Shown here: piece by piece, positions 13,135-26,074 of the stretch | How positions within the stretch are numbered: position 1 is the stretch's first letter | Layout: each line of letters begins with the position of its first letter | DNA from: Mustelus asterias | Lineage: Eukaryota | Assembly (NCBI RefSeq): GCF_964213995.1 | Contig: NC_135808.1 | Location: 67,270,001-67,334,000, forward strand | Direction: 5' to 3' | Length of the DNA stretch: 64,000 nucleotides | The notes under the pieces: generated by a model | The model's database searches: none | Told to the model about the DNA's origin: nothing | What the model saw: the letters and a program-made list of their open reading frames with translations, nothing else | Translations under genes and position numbers: made by a program

Positions 13135-14409
13135 GTGATGCCAGAGGACTGGAGATTTGAAAATGTTCCACCTCTGTTCAGAAAATGGGAGTGGATAAGC
13201 CAGGGAACTACAGACAAATCAGTCTAATAATACAGTGGTGGGAAGACTATTAACAAGGACAATATTTTCTTGTTATTCATGAAAGGTCTGATGCAATGAT
13301 GCACCTTCGCAGACTTTATGAGAAACGCAAAAGGTATTTATTAATAAAAAGTGGACAGCAGCCAGCACAGCTGCCCTCGACCCCTACGTGTCTACTGCCC
13401 AAGAGAGCTCCACCCCCTGGAATGATTACTTACTCTCTCTTTCTCCGCCCCCAAGTCAGGTGACCTTTACTCTGCTGTGTTGCCCTTAAAGGGACAACCA
13501 CTACACCTGGCCTTGCTGGGTACAGGTAAAATATAAAAGCTTGTTGATGAGATGAAACTTGGCAACATTAGAAATAGTGAGCAGGATAGTTCCAGATTTT
13601 GGGAGAATGTCACATGAACACAACATGGCAGACGCAATTTCATGTGAGTGTGAAGTGATTCACTTTTGGAGGAACGATGAGTAGCAATGAAACCTAAATG
13701 TTACTATTTTGGGGGTGGTGGCGGGGTCATGTGCAAGAACAGAGGGACCTGGGTGATGTAAATTCACAAATATTTGAATGTGACATTGCAAATGGATAAG
13801 GAAGTTTAAAGGGTACAGAATACTGGACTTTGTAAGTGAGAGCATTGAGTATAAAAGCAAAGAGGTCATGCTGAATATTTACATACCACTGATTAGGCCT
13901 CATGTGGAATATTATGTACAATTTTGGGCATCCCTAAGAGGATACAGTGGAGGATTACCAACCTTCTACTACAAATGATGGTGTTCAGGTATGTGGAGAG
14001 ATTGGAGAAGCTGGGTTTGTTTTCCTTGGATCAGGTAAGGTTAAGGGGTGTCCTAATGTAGGTGTTAAAAATCATGAGGAACTTTGACTCCGCATGTAGG
14101 GAGAATCTATTTCCTTCAACAAGAAGATCAGTAGCTAGAGGCCATGGATTTAAAATAATTAGCAGGAAAATGAGAAGAATTTTCACACCAAGGGCTAAAA
14201 TCTGGAACATAGTCCGTGAAAGAGTAATGGAATCAGATTCCAGAGAGACTTTCAAAAGGCAATTGGACAAGTATGTGAAGAGGACTGATTGGCAGGGTTG
14301 TGGGTGGTGGTGGGGGAAGCTGAGGTGTAGAATTAAATTGGACAGCTCTTTTTAAAGCCAGCATGACATAGTAGGCCGAATGGCCTCCTCCTGTGCTGTA
14401 AGATTCTAT
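13135..14409 (+). mobile_element. CR1/HER1-like LINE, degraded RT plus 3' end, interrupted by a putative LTR
   Basis: PEDWR..NVPPLFRK...DKPGNYRQISL (~13140) and IEYKSKEVMLNIYIPLIRPHVEYYVQFW (~13845). Terminus GGCCGAATGGCCTCCTCCTGTGCTGTAAGATTCTAT. Confidence 0.85.
13271..13505 (-). mobile_element. Putative solo LTR (Gypsy-like)
   Basis: 235-bp block with TGT...ACA termini, AATAAA and a CCCTTTAAGGG motif, interrupting the CR1. No TSD visible. Confidence 0.5.
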
Positions 14410-14543
14410 TTTTTAAATTAATTCATGGGCCGTGGGCTTCTTTGACCAGGCCGGCATTTATTACCCATCCCTAAATGCCTTTGAGAAGGTGGTGGGTGAG
14501 CTAAATTCTTGAACCACTGCAATCCCTGTGATATAAGAACACA

Positions 14544-14691
14544 TGATGTGGAGAACAGTGTCTTTATATGCCCTGTTTGTGAACAGAATTCCCACTCACC
14601 TGAAGAAGGAGCTTAAGGCTCCGAAAGCTTGTGGCATTTGCTACCAAATAAACCTGTTGGACTTTAACCTGGTGTTGTTAAACTTCTTACT
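14544..14691 (+). mobile_element. Penelope-like family A insertion 1 (11 nt of inverted tail plus partial pLTR with hammerhead)
   Basis: Starts TGATGTGGAGA and ends CTTCTTACT. TSD ATATAAGAACACA at 14531-14543 and 14692-14704. Confidence 0.9.
14597..14633 (+). ncRNA. Minimal type-I hammerhead ribozyme motif in PLE pLTR
   Basis: CAC-CTGAAGA-A-GGAGC-TTAAG-GCTCC-GAAA-GC-TT-GTG: intact core, 5-bp stem II, stem I CAC/GTG, palindromic AGCT in place of stem III. Confidence 0.75.
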
Positions 14692-15439
14692 ATATAAGAA
14701 CACACACAGTACTGGTAGGAAGGGAGTTCCAAGATTTTCACCCAGCAACACTGAAGGAACAGAGGGGAACTTGCAGGTGGTGGTGTTCCCATGTATCTGC
14801 TGCCCTTGTCCTTCTAGATGGCAGTGGTCCTGGGTTTGGAAGGTGCTGCCTAAGGAGCCTTGGTGAGTTCCTGCAGTGCATCTTGTAGATTGTACACACT
14901 GCCACTACTGCGCATCAGTGGTGGTGGGAGTGAATGTTCACTTGGTGGATAGAGTGCCAAACAAGTCCTGGATGAAGTTGTGTTGTTGGAGCTGCACTCA
15001 TCCAGGCAAGTGGAGAGTGTACCATTATATTCCTGACTTGTGTCTTGTAGATGGTGGACAGACTTTGGGGAGCCAGGGGGTGAGTTAATCTCTGTGGAAT
15101 TCCCAGTCTCTGACCTGCTCTGGTAGCCACAGTCTTTATATGGCTGCTGCAGTTCAGTTTCTGCATGTTGACAGTGTTGCAGCTATACTGGAACAGCTTG
15201 GCTAGGGATGTGGCAAGTTCTGGAGTACAGGTCTCCAGCACTATTGCTGGAGTGTTGTTGGGGCCCTTAGGCTTTGCAGTCTTCAGCATTTCACGATAAC
15301 ACATGGAGTGAATCAAATTGGCTGAACACTGGCATGATGCTGGGGACCTCTGGACGAGGTTAAGGTGGATCATCCACTTGGCACTTCTGGATGAAGATGG
15401 TTGCAATCTTCTCTTTTGCGTTGATGTGCAGGGCTCCCC

Positions 15440-15732
15440 TAAAGTTAAAGTTTATTTATTAGTTACATTACATTAACACTGCAATGAGGTTACTGTGAAA
15501 ATCCCCCAGTCGTCACTCTCCAGCACCTGTTCGGGTACACTGAGGGAGAATTTAACATGGCCAATGCACCTAATCAGCACGTCTTTTGGACTGTGGGAGG
15601 AAACCGGAGCACCCGGAGGAAACCTACGCAGACACGGGGAAAATGTGGCAACTCCGTACCCAAGCTGGGAACCGAACCCGGGTCCCTGGCGCTGTGAAGC
15701 AGCAGTGCTAATCATTGTGCCACCGTGCCACC
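15440..15732 (-). mobile_element. V-SINE, tail type B
   Basis: V-domain GGAGGAAACCGGAGCACCCGGAGGAAACC. The tail ends AATAAATAAACTTTAACTTTA on the minus strand. Confidence 0.9.
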
Positions 15733-17473
15733 TTAACTTTCAGGATGAAAATATTGGCGGAGCCTCTTCCCCCACTGAGTTGTTTAAAGGTCCATTACCA
15801 TTCATGACTGCATGTGGCAGGACGGCAGAGCTTAGATCTGATCTGCTGGTTATGTGATCACTTGGCTCTATTACTTGCTGCTTCCATTGTTTATCACACG
15901 AGCAGTAGTGTTGGAGCTTCACCAGATTGACACCTCATTTTTAGGTATACCTGGTGTTTCTCCTGGGATGTTCACCTGCACTCTTCCGTGAACCACGGTT
16001 GATCCCCTAGCTTGATGGTAATGGGCAACTGGGGGATAATGACAGGACATGAGGTCACAGATTATGATTGTATGCAATTCTGTTGCTGTGATGGTTCACA
16101 GTGCCTCATGAATGCCCTGTTTGAGCTGCTAAATGTGTTCAGAATCTATCCCATTTAGCATGGTGGTAATGCCACACAACATGGTCTCCCCAGTGTGAGG
16201 ATAAGACTTTGTCTCCTCAAGGACTGTGCAATGATCGCTCCTACCAATACTGTCATGGACATATGCATCTGCGATAGGTAGATTGGTGAAGGTAAAGTCA
16301 AGTAGGTTTTTCCCTCATGTTAGTTCCCTCGCCACCTGTACAAGACCCAGTTCAGCAGATATGTTCTCAGCCAGCTTGATGAGTCATAGTGTTTTGAGCC
16401 ACTCTTAGTGATGAATATTGAAGTCTCCCACCTGGAGTATATTCTGTGCCCTTGCCAGCTTCAGTGCCTCCTCCAAGTAGTATTCAACACAGAGGAGTAC
16501 TGATTAGTCAGTTGAGGGGAGACAGTAGGAGGTGAACAGCAGGTTTCCTTACCTATGTTTGACCTGATGCCATGAGACTTCATGGAGTCTAGGTTTGATG
16601 TTTAGGCAGGACGACTCTGTCCTGACTGTATACCACTATGTCGCCACCTTTTCCTATCAATGGGACAGGACATACCCAAGGTGTGTGGGCCGTTATCTGT
16701 AAGGTATGATTTAGTGAATTTGACTACATCGGGCTGTTGTTTGACAAGTCTTTGGGACAGCTTGTGCCAAATTTTGGCACAACCCGCAGGTGTTAGTGAA
16801 AAGGACTTTTCAGGGTTGACGGGGCTGGGTGTGACCTTGTAGTGTGCAGGTCAATGCCGGGTGACCCATTTGGTTTCATTCCTTTTAGACATTGTCGCGC
16901 TTTGTTATAACTTAGTAGTTAGCGAGGAATTCAACTTACTTTCACTCTTATCTTGCTTCTTTTCTCTTCATTTCTTTCTTTTTCACTTGCATTCTTTCTT
17001 ACTGTCATGTTTTCTGATGCTGAACTTTATTTGAAGGCGCAGAGGCCACTTGTACCTTGATATTATGCTGTTGACTCACAATGTGGATGGGTTTCTTTTT
17101 GTAAAATGTCAGGCAAAAGTATGGAGTTTTGCTGTTCAGTTTCTTTGTTTTTAAAAAAAAAGGCAGCTGCTTTTTCAAAAGAGGGGCTTTATCGCTAATA
17201 ACCAGATAATTGGCAATCTTGCCACCAGCTCAGCCCCCTTAGTGGGCCACCTACTTACTGTCTTGTCCACAAGTTTACTGGTGCTCAGCCATGTGAGTTA
17301 CCGTAAAGACTTGGACATCTGAACGAGAAATGTGGTGTCCCAATGTATGACAGTTGTACCTTCTGTTAACCACAGCTTGCTATCATGATAATTCACGTAC
17401 ACTTATTGGATTAAAATGCAACCACAGTACCTCAGAAATGTCATTTGCTTCACACTTTAAAAAAAAAAAAAAA

Positions 17474-17912
17474 TTCTCACATGGGATATTGGCATCGCTG
17501 GCAAGACCTGTATTTGTTGCCCATTCCTAATTGTCCTTCAACTGAATGACTTGCTAGGTTACATCAGAGGTCAGTTGAGAGTCGATCATATTGCTGTGGG
17601 CCTGGAGTCAGGTGTAGGCCAGGCCAAATAAGGACGGCAGACTTCCCTTCCCTAAGTCAACAGGTGGGTTTTCACTACAATTTAGAGTTTCATGGAGCCA
17701 GGAATCACTGCAGGCAAGATGGAACATTTGGTGAGACAGCCAGAAGTCTCTTGACTTTAGGTAGGAATTTCACTGAGACTGGCTTTGTATTCCAGATTTA
17801 CTCATTCAGTTTAAATTCTACCAGCTGCTATGGTGGGATTTGAACCCGTGTCCACAGGGCATTAGCCTGGGCCTCTGGATTACCAGCTCTGTGACATTAC
17901 TGCTTCAGGACA
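17474..17912 (-). mobile_element. tRNA-derived SINE carrying the 3' tail of the MEYSPLAW CR1-group LINE
   Basis: Minus-strand head ...TAATCCAGAGGCCCAGGCTAATGCCCTGTGGACACGGGTTCAAATCCCACCATAGCAGC. The tail GGACAATTAGGAATGGGCAACAAATAC...GCCAGCGATGCCAATATCCCATG matches the LINE 3' end at 3030-3088. Confidence 0.75.
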
Positions 17913-18494
17913 CACTCCTCATAAATAATAAATAGCATAATGTTTGCAAGCAGCTTTGACAATCAGACCAGAAATTTAAAATGCATCATAGGTTAGAATA
18001 TGAAAAGTTCTTTCTCCTCTTCCTCCATCCCCCTACTGTTCTGGGATCCCTCTGCTCCCTCACCAGAATGGTCATCTCTCTCCTGTCAGCCAAGGCAGGC
18101 TGCAGGTTATTCACCTTTTTGAGACATTGCGACTGCGCCTGGCACCCAACCGTTGCCCGATCTCGCTGCATGCCCTACCCAGCAGGGAGGATAGGGAGTG
18201 AGGGCCCGGGCTGATGTTTTAAATGTATTATTGCTCCCCTTCAGCTCAGGAGCTTTGAGGCTAATAGCATCCTGCTTTTCTGCCAGAAGTTAACCAAAAA
18301 CTTGTGAATTGGGTGCATGGTTGTTCTGTAAAGCTCAGCATCACATGACGATATGGTGAAAAATGGTGGGTGGAAGAAGTCCTGGTGCTGAGTTTTCGAA
18401 TGATGTTGCCAATGGGGCTGCGTATAGATTAGAATTAGGAGGGGATTCAAAGATGGACACGGAGATAATAGTGTGGGAATGGGAAGAGAAGCCA

Positions 18495-18753
18495 TTGCAG
18501 GATTTTCCAGCACTTCCAGCTGGTGGAATTTTCTGGTCTCACTGAAGGCGACCCCCCCCCCCCAAAGCAGGTTTCCTGTCAGCAGGACAGGGCAAGCCAT
18601 ACAAAATGTTATGACTTCTGCAGCGCTGGAAGATCCCACCGGCAGCTAATGGGGAGCCGATTCTGTCACCAGAAAACATGCCATGCAGGGGGGTGAAGAG
18701 GTTGAGGCGGGGGTGGGGGGGGGATGCACAGATGGGATGGAACATCCTGACCT
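18495..18753. mobile_element. Non-autonomous DNA transposon (MITE-like, probably PIF/Harbinger)
   Basis: Imperfect inverted ends (GCAGGATTTTCCAGC / GATGGAACATCCTGAC) and internal GGAATTTTCTGGTC / GCTGGAAGATCCCACC, as in other short elements here. Confidence 0.5.
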
Positions 18754-19019
18754 TCGTCTACAATTGTAGACTATCAGGAATGGGACAAGGCAAGAGCAGT
18801 CCCAGTCCAGCTAGACAACAATGGAGGGGTGTTGGAGGAGGATGGTGTAGTTGGTCATGCCAAAGGCTACAGATTTTCACCAAACATTTGCTCTACAATG
18901 GCCATAGTGTATCTGCAATGCTCTCCGAGTGGTCCACTATGCTTCACACGGTCAATCAAGCTTAGTTGTGTTTTTTAAAAAAAGCAATAATTGAAATATT
19001 TCAATGATATAAGTACTTG

Positions 19020-19345
19020 GAACATTAGAACAAGAGGAGGCCATTCAGATCCTCCTACTTATTTTGCTATTTAATTAGACCATGACTGATCTGTATCTTA
19101 ATCTACCTACCTTGAATTCCACATTCCTTAATACTCTTACTGAACAAAAATCTTTTTTAATTGACCAATTTTTAGGGGATAAGAGTTCCAGATTTCTGCT
19201 ACTCTTTACTGCCTGACATTGCGCCTAATATAATTTTTGGGTTACATCCCTTTGTTCCAGACTCTGTCAGTAGGGGAAATAATTTCTCTCTATCCATCCT
19301 ATCGGGTCCTTTCATCATCTTAAACATTTCAATTAGATCTGCCCT
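19020..19345 (-). mobile_element. CR1-like LINE 3' fragment
   Basis: GGAGGCCATTCAGATCC...AGAGTTCCAGATTTCTGCTACTC...CTTAAACATTTCAATTAGATC is the reverse complement of a CR1 3' end. Confidence 0.65.
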
Positions 19346-20811
19346 CGGTAAAGTAATTTATGATTCAATAATTGCTGGAGACTGCGGCTCTAATCCCTGG
19401 GTGATTGGTGTTAAGTATTTGAGCTTTTGTCACATCCCAGTGAGCTGTTTTCAGTGAGACTGAATGGAAATTGAGAATAATGTGTGACATTATTTTACTG
19501 TACACACCAGGGAAGAGTCTGAGTTTGAGCTTCTCTCTTGCCCTCCTTCCCACGGTTCCCTGCAGGCCGTGTCCTCAGGCAAGCTGATGGAAATCCTTTC
19601 AGAAAACCTAATGCAGCGGCCGTGTGTGAACTTTGGAAGGGACTGAAGCGATAGGTGCACACACCTGAGATGCCGATGTTGTTGACATGTTGGCAAGGCA
19701 CTAATCTTCCAAATGAAACTACTGACAATGAATGAGTTATTTATGATGCCAAAATTTAGTCATCAACACTTTATCAGTAAGGGGGAAGGGAAGGCTGTAG
19801 TATAAGTTGCAGAATATGTATCAACTTGTTCAGAACAAAGAATATTTGGAATCCAGATTCATATCCCTCAGTACTAAACTTTGTCCCTGATTGACCAAAG
19901 TGCAGAATAATCAATTTGTACTGTAGTTAAAGTGCCTTTAGTTGTTTTAGAATACCATGATTGACAATTGAAGGATCGTTGTTTCCTCTTCGTAACTCCA
20001 GATAGGAAATATCCAATTGACTTTGAAGCTTTTCAGACAGAGTGCAATTGTGCAAAAAAGGAGAGATCTTGTTACATTGAACCCTGTAATATACTTAGCT
20101 TGTTAGTTTTGCCAGTGAGGCAACACTTCTAGCAACAGGAGTAGACCATTTGGCCCCTTTAGCCTATTCCGCCACACAATTAGATCATGGCAGTGCTTAA
20201 CTCTATTTGCCCGCATGAGCTCCATAACTGATAATAGTCCGACCGAATAATAATAATCCAATATTAATATAGATCGTTCCCCAAGGCTTTCGTTGCCATT
20301 GTACTCACTTCAGTCTATGCAGCAACTGTTCGGCAAGGCAGTACTAAATGAGAACAAGATAATTCGGGAGAGTATAGAATAAAAAGTGGGAAGAGAAACA
20401 TGTGTAAGGTAGGAGGAATGTTTTTGTTTTTTTCTCTCCATTTTTTTGGAGAAAATAGTGAAAAGGCTCTTTCAGTTTTATTTAATGCCTTAAGTTGCAC
20501 AGTCAGCTTCAGCCTGTGTTGGAATGGATATATTCTTCCCTGGGTAGATATCATTAACTAAACTGCAATATTTCAAAATCTCTTTATTTAGCTTGTTAAT
20601 GTAAAGATTAATTGTTCCAAGTTTGGTAATTACTAAAACAAAAATATATTTCAGTTTAGAGTTAATACTATTTCCTGTACCTCTACTGATTAAGTAATGC
20701 TGTTTTCTTCATAGAAATACTATGCACAAGAAAAAGATGCAATGGATTTCTTCCTTAGGTGTTGTTTTTCTGTCACTAAGTCATTGTCCCATTTGGTAGG
20801 ATACTTGTTTC

Positions 20812-21010
20812 TCAGTCTGGGGTTTGATTTCCAACTAGGCAATATAACTTGAACACAAACTGATCTAACACTTCATGCAGTATTGAGAGAGTGCTGCGTT
20901 GTTGGAGCTGTTGATTTTTGGATGAGACCTTCAACTTCTGAACAGCACAAAATCCTTGGATGTTATTTTGAGGGAGAAGGAAACTTCTCTCTCTTAACTG
21001 GGCAGAATTT
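20812..21010 (+). mobile_element. DeuSINE fragment
   Basis: GCAGTATTGAGAGAGTGCTGCGTTGTTGGAGCTGTTGATTTTTGGATGAGACC resembles the start of the Deu domain. Confidence 0.55.
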
Positions 21011-22540
21011 TGCACTGATTTGTTAATTCCTCCAATTCTAATATCACACAAAGCACCAATATCTTTAAGAAAACGAGTTAATGTAGTTCAATACTAACTG
21101 CAGCAAACTCTTGAGTTTCAATGACTTAGTAAGTAAGCCCACTTGCCAGTATGGTTGTGCAGCCTGTCCACCGGGAAGATCACACTGTCATTATTTGACC
21201 TGTACACCTAAGCTGAAAGAAAGCTGATCTTTAATCACCGTTGGCCTATTTGGGCTAGGTAGGGGAGATGTTGGTCAGTGCACCTGTTCTTGACCTCTCT
21301 CTTGCCTGTTGCCAGAGAGTGGAATATTGGGGTGAGGATAGGATCAGACTTGACTCTGCTTTCTTCCATGGTCAGTTAAATGAGCTCCCGCGCACACACA
21401 ATGGTTGCTTGGTGGAGTATAATGTAGCTCAGCAAGATCTGAAAGAGGGGGGGTAAAGATTAGGAGTGCAGCGGGTGGTATGCAGTGGCTTTCAACAACT
21501 GTTTGTTTCAAAATTTTTGCAAGACCCTAATTATAATCTGTAAAGGCATTAATAGGAGGTAGACTGCCAGGGGAGAGCCAAGTGGATATTTGGAATGTAA
21601 TTTATTCAGCATTTCGTTTTGTGTAATTCCAGTACATCGCTTTGAATTTCTATCTGCCTGTAGTAGAGACATTGCTTACAAACAATTGGAGATCGATCCA
21701 TCTTGCCATTTGAATCGTCATCTTCATGACCACGAGTCCAATGCAGTAATGTTTGATCATTCAATTACCAGATTATCTTTACATGTTAACATTTTGAAGA
21801 CAAATTGAACGCAGCAATTGATCAGTATAATCTCTGCTGCAAAATGTATTTGAAATGACATTATATGAAATAACTTTGAGACATGTAATCCTTATACAGA
21901 CTCTTAAACAGATGAATGCCAGATGTATTAAACTGAACACTGACAGCTGTTATTGAATCTTGTACTTTTGTTAAAAAGAAATGAAACGGGTTTGGAAACG
22001 ATTTGGCTTCTGTTGAGTTCTGCACACAAGTGGGACTGAGGGAGATGTTTTGCCGCAGTAGGTTGAACGCAGTAGGTCTGCAGTTCTATTTGAATTCTCG
22101 CTATTATGACCCAATGCACCTCTTCATAATATATAATATTTACTGAAGGTGAGCATTCCACGGTAGCCTGAATATTATTCACATCACGAAGTTCACACCA
22201 AGCCTGCAAATTCATCACTTCAGCCTGTAAATCTGAAAGTTTGTCAGCACTTTCTCCCTACATCTGGGTACCAGACTTTGCAACTACATAACTTGTCTTC
22301 CATTTGAGGGCTTTGCTGTTTACAATCCCTTTAGACGCCCATTAATACTATTAACAAATGTTGTAGGGCCAATCTGTTCTCAGTTTGTTGTCAGTTTATT
22401 GTCTGTTACTTCAATTAAAATTGGCATGTGTGAGAGGACCATCTCTGGAAAGCTATTCTTAAACACTCTGTGACATGATGCTGTCATTACCAATCTGGCA
22501 TTGTCCAAGGGATGATTTTTAAATGCAACACTGCTCTGAG

Positions 22541-23213
22541 ATAACACAGTCCATCAAGCAAACCAGCCTCCCATCCATTGACTCTGTCTATACTTCCCGC
22601 TACCCTGGAAATGTAGCCAGCATAATCGAGGACCCCACGCACCCCGAACATACACTCTTCCATCGGGGATAAAGATACAAAAATCTGAGGGGTGGCACAG
22701 TGGTGCCTCAGCGCCATGGACCCAGGTTCGATTCCCGGCTTGGATCACTGTCTGTGTGGAGTTTGCACATTCTTCCCGTGTCTGCGTGAGTTTCCTCTGG
22801 GTGTTCTGGTTTTCTCCCACGATCCAAAGAGGATTAGGTGAATTGGCCATGCTAAATTGCCCCTTCGGGTCAGAGGGACAAGCTAGGGTAAATGTATGGG
22901 AATAGGGCTTGGGTGGGATTGTGGTTGGTGCAGACACGATAGGCTGAATGGCCTCCTTCTGCACTGTAGGATTCTATGTTCTATCACGTACCAACCGACT
23001 CAAGAACAGCTTCTTCCCTGCTGCCATCAGACATTTGAATGAACCTACCTTTATATTAAGTTGATCTTTCTCTACACCCTAGCTATGACTGTAACACTAC
23101 ATTCTGCACTCTCCTTTCCTTCTCCTCTATGAATGGTATGTTTTGCCTGTATAGCGCCCAAGAAACAATACTTTTCACTGTATCCCAATACATGTGACAA
23201 TAAATCTAATCAA
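22541..23213 (+). mobile_element. Rex1/Babar-type LINE 3' end, interrupted by an HE1 SINE
   Basis: Matches the reverse complement of 4224-4590 and ends GTGACAATAAATCTAATCAAA. Confidence 0.9.
22691..22984 (+). mobile_element. HE1-type V-SINE (CR1 tail)
   Basis: GGTTCGATTCCCGGCTTGG, V-domain, and tail GAATGGCCTCCTTCTGCACTGTAGGATTCTATG. Confidence 0.9.
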
Positions 23214-24120
23214 ACGGTCAGGAGAGAATCTGATAGAGATGGGGCTGGAGGATCAATGTGCTTTCTACAAGTTTTACTTCAAACTTTCACTTAAAAAGGA
23301 TGCCAGTCCTTCATCAGGAGCATTCAAGGGAATAGACAGCAGCTAATGCCACCTTACTATATTTCAAACTTAGTGAAATATTCCCACTTTCTGCTGAGAC
23401 ATTCCAAAAATAGAGAATTCACCCAGCCGTATGGAGTTGTTCAAACTTTTAGCTTATACTCCCTCATCACGTATTGCCTCTGAGATATGATTAAACTTGA
23501 TGAAATTGGCTATCCTTGACATCTCTTGCCCAAGCGTAGGCTGTACGAATGTTTCACGGCTGTTGCTCTTAGGTTGCATGAATGCTTTAAATTCCTAACA
23601 TTTCAATAAAAGCTTCTACTTAACGACCACCCCACCCTCCCCCTCCCCCATCTTCAATGCATTCCTAAAACATAAGCTTTCTTAAGAGGCTACTATTTTA
23701 GCTTTTGCCTGTTGCCCGAGTCCCGGCGCTGAATTGTTGCAGATAAAATAATGGCTCACCATTCCTGAACAAAAGGAATGTTGATTGTTATGGGCTACAT
23801 AGCTTTTGTAGCAGAAGTTCAATTGCTCACTTGATGGCCATGTTACAGGGCTAACTTGTGTCAATAAATTCCAAGATTGATAGCTCCTGTTGGTATGCCA
23901 CCATGGATTCTTATTGTGATTAATGTTCCCTAGAAGTATCGGTATCACTGAGTTAATTGAGGCTGCTTTGAAAAGAACTGTGAAGCAGTTCTAAGTGTTT
24001 GAGGAAAGGACTTCTATATCAAACTTGTTCATTTTATGTCATCAGTTCTGCTGCCCTCTCCCTTTTTTTGTCTTGCATTTTAATGTGCGTGCATTTGCCT
24101 GTAACTGCAATATTTTCATG

Positions 24121-24350
24121 ATTTGATGTATTGGTATGTAGTGAAAAGTATTGTTTCTTGCGTGCCATACAGACAAAGCATACCGTACATAGGGGAGAAG
24201 GAAAGGAGAGAGAGTGCAGAATGTAGTCATAGCTAGGATGTAGAGAAAGATCGACTTAATATAAGGTAGGTCCATTTAAAAGTCTGATGGCCGCTGGGAA
24301 GAAGCTGTTCTTGAGTCGGTTGGTATGTGTCCTCAGACGTCTGTATCCTT
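24121..24350 (-). mobile_element. Rex1/Babar-type LINE 3' fragment
   Basis: GTGAAAAGTATTGTTTCTTGCG...GGGAAGAAGCTGTTCTTGAGTCGGTTGG matches 4262-4450. Confidence 0.9.
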
Positions 24351-25686
24351 ATCCCTGACTCTCAGTAGAAAAGGTACCTTGCAATAACAATGAACCCTGG
24401 TCAAGCCATGTACCAGACATCAATTCAGCTCCACGACTGTTTTCAATCTGAAACACTCTCGAGGCAAATACGTGAGCAAAATGTACTTTCAATGTTGACT
24501 TCAAAATGGCACCAATTTGGATGCTGGTCACTTTAGCCCGGAATGTATTAGCAGCCCAATCTCTCTCTCCATCCTAGTCACGGCAAGGCCTGCCTGTACC
24601 CATTGCTGCTGCCTGCTTCCTCTTTGCTAGTTTAACCACATAGATTTTGGGTAGGATCCTTCCACCACCCTTGTATTGAGGCACTTTAATCAATGCAGCC
24701 AGCACATGTTCCCTGAAGTGAACCTTGCTTTACAATCTCTGTCTGACTGAAGTACTGTATCAGCATTGATGACTTTTATTGATTTTTTTTTTCCCTTTTA
24801 GTTGGGAGACCTTTTGGGAGTAAAATTTACAAGCCAGTAGACTTGGCATATAAATCACTTGCACCGCAAAACAAATATTTTTTAAAATTTGATCTGATTA
24901 CTCCAGCTTTTTTGTAATTGAATTTCAATTTGTAAACTGGAAAAAAGTGAGGAGTTTTTTTTTTAAGCTTAAGCAATAGTAGCCATTGGTTGATTTTTTT
25001 TAAACTACAAACTGAATTTTTAAAATTGATGTTTGTTTTAACAAGAAGCGTATATAGCAAAAATTGAACTGCATAAATAGGCTTTGAGTTCTTTTTCTCT
25101 ACTCTGGGGAGCTGTTCCCCATTGCACTTTGATCTCCTGCATATTTTTCCTTTTTATATTGATTTGAGTCAAGTTGAAATGCCTCCCAATCTCTGTCTCA
25201 CCTTGGCCAAATAACCAACTGGTGGTTTCATTCAGCCTGCATTTGAACAAAGCTGCCCTGACCTCCAGTAATCCCACTGCCAGACGATCAAAGGTGAACT
25301 GTAGCTTTCAACAGCTGTCAATCCACTCTTCTTGTGGCTTGTTGGGATTTATTTAGAAATGTAGACATTTTTACAGCTTTGCTGTATTGTGTAATATTCT
25401 TAGTCTCAAAGCATTTTTAAATCAATGAATAACCTTTTCAAATGTTTTTGCTCTTATGCAAGCTAATCTGGTAGCTAACTTGCCCAAGTGTCAGCCTTGG
25501 CTCAGTTGGCAGCACCTCCCTTGAGGCAGAAGGTTGCTGGCCCAAGTCCATGAACAAGATTCTCAAGCTGATGGAGTGCTGCACTGTCTGAGATGCTGCC
25601 TTATAAATAACCACTCGGGTGGTTAGAAAAGATGTTGTTCAAAGAGAAGGGGAGTAGCCCCCCCCCCCCCCCCCACCTCACCCCAT

Positions 25687-26074
25687 NNNNNNNNNNNNNN
25701 NNNNNNNNNNNNNNNNNNNNNNNNNNNNNNNNNNNNNNNNNNNNNNNNNNNNNNNNNNNNNNNNNNNNNNNNNNNNNNNNNNNNNNNNNNNNNNNNNNNN
25801 NNNNNNNNNNNNNNNNNNNNNNNNNNNNNNNNNNNNNNNNNNNNNNNNNNNNNNNNNNNNNNNNNNNNNNNNNNNNNNNNNNNNNNNNNNNNNNNNNNNN
25901 NNNNNNNNNNNNNNNNNNNNNNNNNNNNNNNNNNNNNNNNNNNNNNNNNNNNNNNNNNNNNNNNNNNNNNNNNNNNNNNNNNNNNNNNNNNNNNNNNNNN
26001 NNNNNNNNNNNNNNNNNNNNNNNNNNNNNNNNNNNNNNNNNNNNNNNNNNNNNNNNNNNNNNNNNNNNNNNNNN
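25687..26074. other. Assembly gap (388 N) flanked by poly-C runs
   Basis: Run of N in the sequence. Confidence 1.

Larger units (their letters stand above)
14418..16865 (-). mobile_element. CR1-group LINE (MEYSPLAW family) with APE endonuclease and RT remnants, internally deleted
   Basis: Minus strand: VGDFNIHH*EWL (~16400-16432), RGKNLLDFTFTN (~16280-16317) and SDH (~16235). ORF 14915-15406 has GPNNTPAIVLETCTPELATSLAKLFQYS and HSPLAWMSAAPTT. Interrupted by a PLE and a V-SINE. Confidence 0.9.

Noticed and set aside
24780-24920. Polypyrimidine tract plus AG at 24801 as a coding exon
   Set aside because: Two frames stop quickly; the third gives no recognisable peptide or clear donor.
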